Shown one piece after another: positions 1 to 7,200 of a stretch of 29,523 nucleotides of DNA. The notes under the pieces are model-generated. The model searched no databases. It was not told where the DNA came from and worked only from the letters and a program-made list of their open reading frames with translations. Numbering within the stretch: the stretch's first letter is position 1; every line of letters begins with the position of its first letter. The DNA lies in IMG/VR virus record IMGVR_UViG_3300007344_000161, positions 1 through 29,523 of that record; one strand, 5' to 3'. The translations under genes and the position numbers were made by a program. This DNA is from a virus. Taxonomy: Duplodnaviria; Caudoviricetes.

Positions 1-189
1 CCTCTTAGCGCCGCGAACCTCGCTAATAGCTTCCTCTAGCATCCCGATCAGGTTATCCGGGTAAGTAATCCCCCCGGCAATGATGCTGGCTGTCTCGCCG
101 TTGTCGTATGTCACCGCTATCACGATGTCCTCGACATCCTCTGTAACCACATCGCGGAGCGCCGGTAATAGCGCCTCCTGGTTGATCAA
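1..189 (-). CDS. Hypothetical phage protein, partial (runs off window start)
   Basis: Open frame from TTG at 189 (TTGA overlap with upstream stop): LINQEALLPALRDVVTEDVEDIVIAVTYDNGETASIIAGG... Confidence 0.55.
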   Translation of the reverse strand, partial: MINQEALLPALRDVVTEDVEDIVIAVTYDNGETASIIAGGITYPDNLIGMLEEAISEVRGAKR

Positions 190-482
190 AGTTCAGTAGC
201 CCGAACTACCAGGCGTTTAGCAAAGGTCTGCCCGCCAGAGGTGGTGATGGTGTTCTTCACCTCATGGATAGAGCCATTAGAGCCGCCAGAGGCCAGCACA
301 GACACGCCAGAGCCAGAAATGGCCTCGCCAGAGAGGGTCAGCCCGTCACCGTCCCATACGGAGGTAGAAATAGTCTCGCCATCAAGTTCCACGGCCCAAT
401 TCAGATTGAGCGTCTGGACACTATCCGGGTCTTTTTCAAAATCAACCGGCTTGCTTGCGGGCTGTGAACCATAATCAGGCAT
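186..482 (-). CDS. Small virion protein, phage fiber-tail adaptor-like
   Basis: KDPD..LNW..EL.GETI..S.W and GG..G....V.N.ITTS.G.T pattern typical of this small beta-sandwich family; first gene after the Q-like gene. Confidence 0.6.
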   Translation of the reverse strand: MPDYGSQPASKPVDFEKDPDSVQTLNLNWAVELDGETISTSVWDGDGLTLSGEAISGSGVSVLASGGSNGSIHEVKNTITTSGGQTFAKRLVVRATEL

Positions 483-542
483 AAGAGACTCGCCCGCGAC
501 AGGCGCAACTTTGGCGTATACCTAATAGTAACCTTGAAACGG

Positions 543-908
543 TCAAAATTTGTCCAGTTTTGCAAGGAGGCTTTTCTCGGCTGATCTAACTCTCGACCTA
601 AAGGTATCCAAACCAATCCCAATCATCCGTGCCTTCTCCCGGTTCTGGACCATCACACCTCTCACCCGGTATATCCCGAACTTCGCCACAATCGCCTCCT
701 CCTGCTCTCTGGGCAGGCTTTTCAGCGCCACCCCGATGCGCCGCATATTCGGCGGTATGTCGATTGTCAGGATTCTGTGGCCACCATTGCCGCACATCCA
801 GTTGGGGTGCAGTGTGTTCGTCCTGGCATAGCCGGATTCTTCCCGTATGCGTTCCATCAGATTGAAATAGGAATAAAGCAGCATCCTCAGCCGTTCTAAT
901 CTGCTCAA
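543..908 (-). CDS. Late gene regulator / antiterminator Q-like protein (C-terminal sigma4-like HTH)
   Basis: LKSLPREQEEAIVAKF...NREKARMIGIGLDTFRSRVRSAEKSL HTH; sits at end of nin region before late genes; TTG start at 908 is a best guess. Confidence 0.65.
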   Translation of the reverse strand: MSRLERLRMLLYSYFNLMERIREESGYARTNTLHPNWMCGNGGHRILTIDIPPNMRRIGVALKSLPREQEEAIVAKFGIYRVRGVMVQNREKARMIGIGLDTFRSRVRSAEKSLLAKLDKF

Positions 909-1164
909 CCTCCCTGACCTTCTCGCATTGCGCGAGGCACTCCTCCCGGAAGTCGGAAAGTTCACCACTCCCGTCGAAATATCCGACGATGTACTCATAT
1001 TCTGCGTCCTCTCGCCTTTCCGCTGCATCCGCCTCGCGCTTACCCATCATTGGAAACGCCCTGACCGTGCCAAAGCGTGTCGGCCTGTCCTGACCGCGAC
1101 ATACCACCACCTGAAAAACGCCCTCAGACGCGCTGATCTTCTTCCACACCGCCTTTATATCCAC
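598..1164 (-). CDS. Hypothetical protein; its 3' half overlaps the Q-like gene in another frame
   Basis: GTG at 1164 after purine-rich RBS; N-terminal ~85 aa fill the gap between neighbouring genes. Confidence 0.45.
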   Translation of the reverse strand: MDIKAVWKKISASEGVFQVVVCRGQDRPTRFGTVRAFPMMGKREADAAERREDAEYEYIVGYFDGSGELSDFREECLAQCEKVREVEQIRTAEDAALFLFQSDGTHTGRIRLCQDEHTAPQLDVRQWWPQNPDNRHTAEYAAHRGGAEKPAQRAGGGDCGEVRDIPGERCDGPEPGEGTDDWDWFGYL

Positions 1165-1183
1165 CCCGCTTCCCCGGATTTCC

Positions 1184-1468
1184 TTATTGCCTGATGCGAA
1201 CCACCAGACAAGCCGGTCTTGTCGGCTGGCTCTGCTCGTTAACGCTGTCGTCATCATCCTTGCCGCGCCCCACCGCCGTTATGTACCAGCACAGCCCCAC
1301 AGCATCATTTGGATCAATCTCAAAGCGGCACTCGCCAATACTCAAGTCTCGCCAATCCATGTCATCCACGCTCTCGACCGGATGCGGACTTGAATACAGG
1401 AAATACCCTTCAACAAAATCACCCGCTGATGGTGTGCAGGTTATCAATACAGCCGCTATCTCAATCAT
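1184..1468 (-). CDS. Hypothetical protein
   Basis: 94-aa ORF with GAGG RBS, same orientation as operon. Confidence 0.55.
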   Translation of the reverse strand: MIEIAAVLITCTPSAGDFVEGYFLYSSPHPVESVDDMDWRDLSIGECRFEIDPNDAVGLCWYITAVGRGKDDDDSVNEQSQPTRPACLVVRIRQ

Positions 1469-1637
1469 TTTTTGAGCCTCTAAATCGGTAATGGTTTTTA
1501 CTTCCTCCGCGTGGCTGCGTCCTTTCCACGTTGGGACGGATTCCTGTCATTTGCTCCCACCTATCCGGCCATGAATCGCGGTGTCCGTAAACAACCCGGT
1601 CAAACGTCAGTTTTGGATAACCGTGGGTCTTGTCCAT
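1461..1637 (-). CDS. Hypothetical 58-aa protein
   Basis: Read manually: MDKTHGYPKLTFDRVVYGHRDSWPDRWEQMTG...; fills the gap and abuts both neighbours. Confidence 0.4.
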   Translation of the reverse strand: MDKTHGYPKLTFDRVVYGHRDSWPDRWEQMTGIRPNVERTQPRGGSKNHYRFRGSKND

Positions 1638-1638
1638 T

Positions 1639-2133
1639 TCAGAACCTCATGGTTGCGAAACGGGTCAGCAATGGGTCTCCCCTATCCTTTGCTATGACCA
1701 TCGCGGCTAGTTCCTCGGCCCGCTTGCGCTTTTCGCGGGACGCTTGCAGCGCGGCTAGTTCCTCGTCACTAATCGCGGCCTGCTTCTCCCTTTCCCGGTA
1801 GACCCGTTGCCGTCGAGACTTGAGTGATGCTGACGAGGCTTTCGGCCAGAACTCAGTCGCCAATTCCCTCAGCCTGTCCTCGTAGTAGTCACCACCGCGC
1901 TGCAATGGATACTTCAGCGAGGCCAAACCCTTCTGTGTGTGGTAGCGGCATTGCCTATTGCTCCACCCCATACGCTTGGCAAGTTCTGTGCGGTTAACAA
2001 CCTGCCCCTCCATCCCGCCATCCAGGACTACCACACAACCCCACTCCAGCTTCTGCCACTCGCCACCATCAATCCGGTAGTCATAGCGGCCTGCCCGCGA
2101 CCTCCAAGCCCTTGTCTCAATCCGCACCTTCAT
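1639..2133 (-). CDS. Hypothetical protein with probable HTH
   Basis: GGGAGG RBS before ATG 2133; NRTELAKRMGWSNRQCRYH resembles an HTH. Confidence 0.55.
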   Translation of the reverse strand: MKVRIETRAWRSRAGRYDYRIDGGEWQKLEWGCVVVLDGGMEGQVVNRTELAKRMGWSNRQCRYHTQKGLASLKYPLQRGGDYYEDRLRELATEFWPKASSASLKSRRQRVYREREKQAAISDEELAALQASREKRKRAEELAAMVIAKDRGDPLLTRFATMRF

Positions 2134-2554
2134 CCTCCCAATCCTGTAACTGTATGTAGCCGCGCCACCCACTCGCGCGCATTTCTTCCAAAACCTTCAC
2201 CTGCTCCCGGTAGTGGGCCGCGATCTCCTTTTCCTGCCACTTCGGAATTTTTTTGGGCCGGTTATGCTTCAGCATTAACTCGTCATATGCCGCCTTGCCT
2301 AGCCACTCTTTCACCAGTTCAGCGAAAACCAGCGGCCTGTCAGCACATTTCTGGTGACAAGACCGGCAGAGCGCCACCGCATTGCTCACCGTCCACCTTG
2401 TTGACCTATGCTTGCGTGAGAAAACGTGCGCGCAATCCAGCATCCCCTTGTTGTGTTCATGGTTAATCCCGCATTGCAGACAGTCCCATGCGAACGACTC
2501 GCGAACGGCTAGGCTGAATTGCTTATCGGCCTCTGTGCGCTTAATCCCTGCCAC
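2117..2554 (-). CDS. ninG: NinG/Rap-family recombination endonuclease
   Basis: AD..FS..VR, CxxC, DCAHVFSR...TRW...NA.ALCxxCH motifs. Confidence 0.8.
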   Translation of the reverse strand: MAGIKRTEADKQFSLAVRESFAWDCLQCGINHEHNKGMLDCAHVFSRKHRSTRWTVSNAVALCRSCHQKCADRPLVFAELVKEWLGKAAYDELMLKHNRPKKIPKWQEKEIAAHYREQVKVLEEMRASGWRGYIQLQDWEDEGAD

Positions 2555-3099
2555 TAGATGCCCTCATAAGCCCGCATCGCATCCTCACCCAACTGGTCCG
2601 CGTAATACGGTTTCAGCAGTTCCAGAAACTCCTCGCGCTCGTCCTGATCGCAGTGCGCAAAATCGAGGGGCTTGGTAACTAACTGCACGGTGCAGGACTC
2701 AAGCAGGTCGATCAGCGCCTCCATCCCTGTATCGAACCCGCTAGGGGCAATAATCTTGCTGTTGAAGATAAGCCCCCGAATCCACTCAATGGCCTTGTGA
2801 ATCCTAGTGGCAGGAACGCTAGGCACAGTGGTTTCATAGACCCAACCGATTTGCAGCTTCACATACTCGCGGTGCATCGCCTCAGAGTCGAACTGCTCCT
2901 GGTTCTCCCACAAGTCCCGAATCATCCTCTCCACCATGCGCTGGAATGACGGATTGTTGTGACGTTTCAGCACCACGCTGTAGGCAATGTCCTTCTTGCA
3001 CTTCTTCAGATTCTCGTAGGAATCCTTGTCATCAGGGGAAAGCATGGGGACTATTGCGCCGTCCATCGGGAGGTCAAAGCGCCTGACGAAAGTAGTCAC
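2554..3099 (-). CDS. NinB/DUF1367-like nin-region protein
   Basis: Position next to ninG; R.HN..F, .K.LDFA.CDQ.E..EF pattern; GTGA-coupled start at 3099. Confidence 0.5.
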   Translation of the reverse strand: MTTFVRRFDLPMDGAIVPMLSPDDKDSYENLKKCKKDIAYSVVLKRHNNPSFQRMVERMIRDLWENQEQFDSEAMHREYVKLQIGWVYETTVPSVPATRIHKAIEWIRGLIFNSKIIAPSGFDTGMEALIDLLESCTVQLVTKPLDFAHCDQDEREEFLELLKPYYADQLGEDAMRAYEGI

Positions 3100-3314
3100 A
3101 GCACCGCCTTCCATGTCTCGTAGCGCAGCACCTTCTCCACCGTGCGCTTGTGTACGCCGAACTTCTCAGCCAGCGCCTTCGCCGTGCAGGTCGCGTATAT
3201 CCGCTGTATCTCAGCCCGCCCCTGCTCCGACAGTTCACGAATCAGCCGCACATCGTCCTCAGTCAGCTTCCGGGTTGCGTTTTCATTGCCGCGCAAGGCA
3301 TCAGACCGGCTCAC
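3096..3314 (-). CDS. Small HTH DNA-binding protein (like the C-terminal HTH of phage HNH endonucleases)
   Basis: G..N...KLTEDDVRLIR...LAEKFGV...TV.KVL...TW. Confidence 0.65.
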   Translation of the reverse strand: MSRSDALRGNENATRKLTEDDVRLIRELSEQGRAEIQRIYATCTAKALAEKFGVHKRTVEKVLRYETWKAVL

Positions 3315-3514
3315 AGCGAATAACTCGCGTAGCTGCTCGGCTCCCCGTAGCGGTTACGGTCTCTGACCTTTTTTGTCTTGATGCTGTAGCCCTGCTCCCG
3401 CAAGTCGCAGATTCGCGCCGCTAACCGCATGATTCCGTAATCGCGAATAGCGTCCATCGGCGTGATGGAGCCGTAATCCTGCAAGTGACGTAAAACCCGT
3501 TCAGTCTGTTTCAT
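3311..3514 (-). CDS. Winged HTH domain protein
   Basis: Q..RVL.HL...GSIT..DA...YGI.RLAARI.DLR..GY.I. Confidence 0.75.
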   Translation of the reverse strand: MKQTERVLRHLQDYGSITPMDAIRDYGIMRLAARICDLREQGYSIKTKKVRDRNRYGEPSSYASYSL

Positions 3515-3665
3515 TTTTCAGCCTCTCAACGTACTCGTCATAGCCATCAGAAAACTTTTGCTCCCACCACTCCCGCCAGGTGTACTTGCCAGAGGGCGTT
3601 GCCTTGTTTGCCTTGTGGTAGATGTATCTCGCTGCGTGGTATTTGGTTTTTTCATGGGGAGTCAC
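3501..3665 (-). CDS. Hypothetical protein
   Basis: GTGA-coupled to methylase stop; TPSGKYTWREWWEQKF. Confidence 0.5.
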   Translation of the reverse strand: MTPHEKTKYHAARYIYHKANKATPSGKYTWREWWEQKFSDGYDEYVERLKNETD

Positions 3666-4303
3666 GCAAACAAGCGTCCCTGCGCCTGCGCCGCCTCTAT
3701 GCGTTCGCAAGCAATGTCGAAGTATTTGCGCTCTAATTCGATGCCGATGAACTTCCGGCCTAAGTTCATGCAGGCGACTCCGGTTGTGCCGCTGCCCATG
3801 AAGGGGTCAAGAACCATTTCACCGCTTGTGTGTCCGACCGCCCACTCCATCACGCCCACAGGCTTCTGCGTTGGATGGTCGCCGCGTGACTCCTTGTTTG
3901 CACGCAACATACCGTTCCACATATAGCGCTTCAGCCGGACAGCCTTATCCAGATTCGTCCATGCTAATTCTGCGTCAGCAAAATCGTTCGCGCCGTTTTC
4001 CTTGTCCCACACAAGCCAGCATTTTGCCGGCGGTAGTTCGTAATAGTTGCCGCCGAAAATAACCACTTCGTTTGCTATTTCGTGCGCATACGGGACAAAC
4101 TCCTGCACCGGCCTTTCATCCCATGTGTCGCAGCCGTAGTCTTTAGACTTAGCTAGCTTGTCCCGCGATTTGTGGTTTTTGCTACTTTCCCCAATCCCAT
4201 ATGGCGGATCAGTTACCACAGCATCAACCTTTTCCAGCGTCGGCATAACTTCCATGCAGTCACCGTGATATAGCGTGGCGTTGCCGATAACTACTTTTTC
4301 CAT
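3662..4303 (-). CDS. DNA N6-adenine/N4-cytosine methyltransferase (beta class, orphan)
   Basis: LYHGDC, catalytic DPPY, HPTQKP, SAM-binding DPFMGSGTTG; DPPY precedes motif I; no adjacent restriction gene. Confidence 0.92.
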   Translation of the reverse strand: MEKVVIGNATLYHGDCMEVMPTLEKVDAVVTDPPYGIGESSKNHKSRDKLAKSKDYGCDTWDERPVQEFVPYAHEIANEVVIFGGNYYELPPAKCWLVWDKENGANDFADAELAWTNLDKAVRLKRYMWNGMLRANKESRGDHPTQKPVGVMEWAVGHTSGEMVLDPFMGSGTTGVACMNLGRKFIGIELERKYFDIACERIEAAQAQGRLFA

Positions 4304-4428
4304 CACACCAACCCCGCTATGACAAAGCCCGCGACAATCCAAAAGGCCGCGCCTTCCAGGTAGCCCTCACGCATCCACAGCGCAAAGCCGGTGATGAACA
4401 GGATGAGGAACAGGATGAGGGTGGTCAC
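4303..4428 (-). CDS. 41-aa two-TM membrane peptide
   Basis: VTTLILFLILFITGFALWMREGYLEGAAFWIVAGFVIAGLV; GTGA and TGATG coupling on both sides. Confidence 0.55.
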   Translation of the reverse strand: MTTLILFLILFITGFALWMREGYLEGAAFWIVAGFVIAGLV

Positions 4429-4493
4429 GACACCAACCCCGTGAACCAGACCAGCGCGATGAGTGCGAACAGCAGGGAGAGGAAGAGTCTCAT
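4425..4493 (-). CDS. 22-aa hydrophobic peptide
   Basis: MRLFLSLLFALIALVWFTGLVS; GGAG RBS, ATGA overlap upstream and GTGA overlap downstream. Confidence 0.45.
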   Translation of the reverse strand: MRLFLSLLFALIALVWFTGLVS

Positions 4494-4954
4494 TGCTCCA
4501 TACCCCGAAACCCACCGTGACGGGCTTTCAATTCCAGGTCGTGTAATTCCTGCATCGACTTGCCCGCTATCAGGTCACGCGGCACCCCTGCCCGGATTGC
4601 GTCCGTTTGTGCATCGCGGAGGGTGTATTCGGGGGCGGGCAGTTTCGGAACGTCCATCTGGTGCAGATGCAGACAGGCGCGGCGAAACCGCTTGCGACTC
4701 GGCGGCCTCTCATCGTCATCGTCATCCAGTGACTTCAGTCCACGAATAATCTGCTGGTCGGTCAGTTCGTTGATGGTCTGCAACCAACGACCCTGCGGCT
4801 CGTCGCCGTTCATGGTCAGAAAGCCGGTGCCGAAAATGTCAGTAAGTTGCAACCACACCTCCATCGCCCTCTGATTCGGGGTCGTATCCAGCCTGCTTGC
4901 GGAGGCGCTCCCTTGCTGCATCGAAGGGAGATTGACGCTTGCCAGTTTTTTCAC
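4490..4954 (-). CDS. Replication protein P-like (helicase loader)
   Basis: Follows initiator; W.QL..IFG..F....G..P...W...I..LT..QI..GL......PPS...FR..C pattern. Confidence 0.6.
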   Translation of the reverse strand: MKKLASVNLPSMQQGSASASRLDTTPNQRAMEVWLQLTDIFGTGFLTMNGDEPQGRWLQTINELTDQQIIRGLKSLDDDDDERPPSRKRFRRACLHLHQMDVPKLPAPEYTLRDAQTDAIRAGVPRDLIAGKSMQELHDLELKARHGGFRGMEQ

Positions 4955-5540
4955 GGCTCTGCTCCTTGAGGGGGAATAGCCCCTTCCAAGTGTTTCGGAT
5001 GGATTGGTCTACGATTTGCCGCTGTTGGGCAGGTTCGTAGTCGCGAAGGAAGTTCGCTGTTTTGGTGATCGTGGCTTTAGCGGGCTTGCCACGTTTGTAG
5101 TCAGCCCACTCATCCCACGCTTGGGGGTCAATGCCATCAGGCGCATCCCCCCAGTTACTTCTATTCAGTACTTGCTTAATATCAGTACTTACTTGTGTCG
5201 GATTAACCGTCGCCGGATTATCCGTCTCCGGTAAACCCGTCAGCGGTACATCAGTGATGGTGTATTCCACCTCTCCAAGAGTCCCGTCTGGATTGCGGGA
5301 TTGGCTGCGAGTCGCGTAACCGTATTCGCACATTTCTGCCAGCATTGAGCGAACCGCATCCCTGCCCGACTTGCCCGTCTTTTTGCTGGCAAGGTGTGTG
5401 ACAGAAACCTCCCAGTGATCGGGCTTAGACAGCAGGTAGGCCAGCAAACCTCTGGTCTGCCAACGCAGCCTAGAATCCTCAATCGCCCGCCTGTCCATCA
5501 GCAGGAAGTTGTCGCTGTAGTCGCGGCGGCGGCGAATCAC
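4839..5540 (-). CDS. Phage replication initiator (O-like, N-terminal wHTH)
   Basis: NF...D.RL.W..RGLLAYLLSKP..W...GRDAVRS.L.E....GY; internal iterons; C-terminal W..W..Y...SI.N.W.GLF. Confidence 0.8.
   Translation of the reverse strand: MIRRRRDYSDNFLLMDRRAIEDSRLRWQTRGLLAYLLSKPDHWEVSVTHLASKKTGKSGRDAVRSMLAEMCEYGYATRSQSRNPDGTLGEVEYTITDVPLTGLPETDNPATVNPTQVSTDIKQVLNRSNWGDAPDGIDPQAWDEWADYKRGKPAKATITKTANFLRDYEPAQQRQIVDQSIRNTWKGLFPLKEQSREKTGKRQSPFDAARERLRKQAGYDPESEGDGGVVATY
5153..5246. repeat. Putative replication origin: three 15-bp iterons plus AT-rich tract
   Basis: Minus strand CCGCTGACGGGTTTA / CCGGAGACGGATAAT / CCGGCGACGGTTAAT, then AT-rich segment with AAGTACTGA twice, inside the initiator gene. 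Confidence 0.7.
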
Positions 5541-5563
5541 AAAAAAGCCCTCTGAACGAGGGC
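5541..5563 (-). terminator. Intrinsic terminator immediately before initiator start codon
   Basis: GCCCTC-GTTCA-GAGGGC-TTTTTT then GTG. Confidence 0.65.
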
Positions 5564-5576
5564 ACACGCACCCGAC

Positions 5577-5616
5577 AAAAATAAAAACGCCCCCGCACCG
5601 AAACCGATACGAGGGC
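5577..5616 (-). terminator. Intrinsic terminator in cro-initiator leader
   Basis: GCCCTCGTATCGG-TT-TCGGTGCGGGGGC (G.U pairs favour minus strand) followed by GTTTTTATTTTT. Confidence 0.7.
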
Positions 5617-5620
5617 AGGC

Positions 5621-5674
5621 ACTACGGGACAAGGGAGACTGACCCGCGTTAGGGGATACGCGACTGCCCGTAGT
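5621..5674 (-). ncRNA. Candidate C4/CI-like antisense RNA
   Basis: ACTACGGG/CCCGTAGT outer stem, CGCGT/ACGCG inner stem; loop CCCCT and bulge TCCCTT are complementary to AGGGG-AAGGGA in an upstream hairpin loop (5714-5737). Confidence 0.5.
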
Positions 5675-5760
5675 TAAACTTAATCTGGCCGTTACTGGCG
5701 CAAGCATCCTGTGATGCAATTCCCTTCCCCTTTGCACAAAACACCCTCTCGGGTTATTCG

Positions 5761-5946
5761 CTACCGTTCCTGCAATTTGAGGGGGTCAAGTCCGTACTGC
5801 TCACCCACCCTCTTGGCAAACTCGAAACTCAGAAACCCGCGATTGACCTGCCAATAGACCGTGCGCCGTTTAAGGCCGGTCTGTTCAGCTAAACGGGCTG
5901 TATTGCCCGCCAGTTCTAGCGCTCGTTGAAGTTCTGCATTTGCCAC
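5761..5946 (-). CDS. Cro-like repressor
   Basis: L.RA.E.AG....LAEQTGLKRRTVYW HTH; divergent from CI-like gene. Confidence 0.75.
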   Translation of the reverse strand: MANAELQRALELAGNTARLAEQTGLKRRTVYWQVNRGFLSFEFAKRVGEQYGLDPLKLQER

Positions 5947-5947
5947 A

Positions 5948-5989
5948 GCGCAAGATTGCCATAATGCTGCTGTATATGCAAGACTTTGC
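5948..5989 (-). promoter_or_regulatory. PR-like promoter/operator
   Basis: TTGCAT-17bp-CAATCT; palindrome GCAA-N4-TTGC (5978-5989) overlaps the -35; near copy at 6804-6840. Confidence 0.65.
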
Positions 5990-6030
5990 TACTTGTAGGC
6001 AGATAGAATCCCTCGCAGAAGGGAGAGGCC

Positions 6031-6471
6031 ATGCCAAACGCCAGAGCAGTCAGCGACCTGACATCCACCATTGCGCTTCAAAAGGCTGTGGACAGGAACA
6101 ACACCACCCTCGCGCAAGTCAGGCGCGACATGGTGAAGGCCGGCTTTTTTTCGGACAGGACTTTCGGCTACCGCCTACAGCTTGGCGGCTGGAAGGCCGA
6201 TGAAGCCAAGTGGTTAGCGCAACGGCTCCCTGGATTGTCCCGCACCGCCCTGCTCGACCCGAAAGCAGCACCAGAGCCAGTAGACTCCGAACTACTGAGC
6301 GAGTGCTACCTGATGTTCATTACCGCACTCGCGGAGGATGACCTGCTAGAGCATCTGACCCCGGACAGGCAAGCTGATGCCTTCTCCGCTTGGTTTAGGC
6401 AATGTAACGCGATTGGGACGGCAGACCCCTCCATCCTGCACGACTGGCTGCGAATCCTCGCGGAGAAGTGA
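6031..6471 (+). CDS. Probable CI-like immunity repressor lacking an S24 peptidase domain
   Basis: Divergent from cro; helical HTH-like N-terminus; strong RBS AAGGGAGAGG; TAGAAT -10 at 6004-6009. Confidence 0.5.
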   Translation: MPNARAVSDLTSTIALQKAVDRNNTTLAQVRRDMVKAGFFSDRTFGYRLQLGGWKADEAKWLAQRLPGLSRTALLDPKAAPEPVDSELLSECYLMFITALAEDDLLEHLTPDRQADAFSAWFRQCNAIGTADPSILHDWLRILAEK

Positions 6472-6693
6472 CCGCGCTAGGCTGGCAACTCGCTGATCGT
6501 AGTAGTCGAGGGCTTCATGGTACTTACCCACCCCTTGAACGGTTAGAAAAGCGCCCACCAGAGCGCCTGTAACGCTCGACACGGCCATAATAGCCAGCCG
6601 CCGCCTAACCTCCCGCTGCTCCCTGTCCTTTCGCGCTACAGCGGCTCCTGACAGCGCCTCCAAGAACTCTGAACGGTTCCTCTCGTATCCCAT
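6346..6693 (-). CDS. Single-TM membrane protein in immunity region
   Basis: GGGAGG RBS before ATG 6693; RRRLAIMAVSSVTGALVGAFLTV TM; 126-bp convergent overlap with CI-like gene. Confidence 0.5.
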   Translation of the reverse strand: MGYERNRSEFLEALSGAAVARKDREQREVRRRLAIMAVSSVTGALVGAFLTVQGVGKYHEALDYYDQRVASLARSLLREDSQPVVQDGGVCRPNRVTLPKPSGEGISLPVRGQML

Positions 6694-6803
6694 CAATATC
6701 CTCCCGTAATTGACGCGATACAACATATACCCCCCCCCTAACGCGCTGCAATAAGCATTTCTGCTCTTTTCGCCCATATATGGCATGGGTAAAAAATAAA
6801 GCT

Positions 6804-6840
6804 GCAATCTGTTGCACTTTCCGCAGCGTTATGGCAATCT
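6804..6840 (+). promoter_or_regulatory. PL-like promoter/operator
   Basis: TTGCAC-17bp-CAATCT; palindrome GCAATCTGTTGC overlaps the -35; shares GCAGCRTTATGGCAATCT with the PR-like promoter. Confidence 0.65.
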
Positions 6841-6867
6841 GTCTCCACAGTCAACGGGAGATAAGCA

Positions 6868-7200
6868 ATGGCAACACGTTCACGCGATTTAGAGAACCAC
6901 ATGGTTGTTGGGGATGTCGAGCAAGGCTCGACTCTCGACAATCACTCGGATGAGGAACTTGTGAACCTCTATCTGGAATCCCTCAAGGATGACCGCGATG
7001 TGATGGCAGACCTCGCATCGGAAATCTTCTACGACCCGGACGCGGCCCGCACCTTCGTATTCAAAGCCCTCGACCGTCTGAACATTCATGACGATGAGTG
7101 GCTGATGAACCACGCCAGAGGAATCATCGTGAACTTCTGCCGCGACATGGCTGTGGCATGGGCAAAGGAACGTGAAGCTAACGGGGAGTGGGAACAATGA
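6868..7200 (+). CDS. Acidic hypothetical early protein
   Basis: GGGAG RBS; first gene of PL-like operon. Confidence 0.65.
   Translation: MATRSRDLENHMVVGDVEQGSTLDNHSDEELVNLYLESLKDDRDVMADLASEIFYDPDAARTFVFKALDRLNIHDDEWLMNHARGIIVNFCRDMAVAWAKEREANGEWEQ

Noticed and set aside
483-546. Late promoter pR'
   Set aside because: TTGACC is present but no convincing -10 at 16-18 bp spacing; the position is plausible but hexamers cannot be assigned
1939-2466. 175-aa plus-strand ORF and similar antisense ORFs throughout
   Set aside because: Antisense to well-supported genes, Pro/Ser/Arg-rich, no motifs
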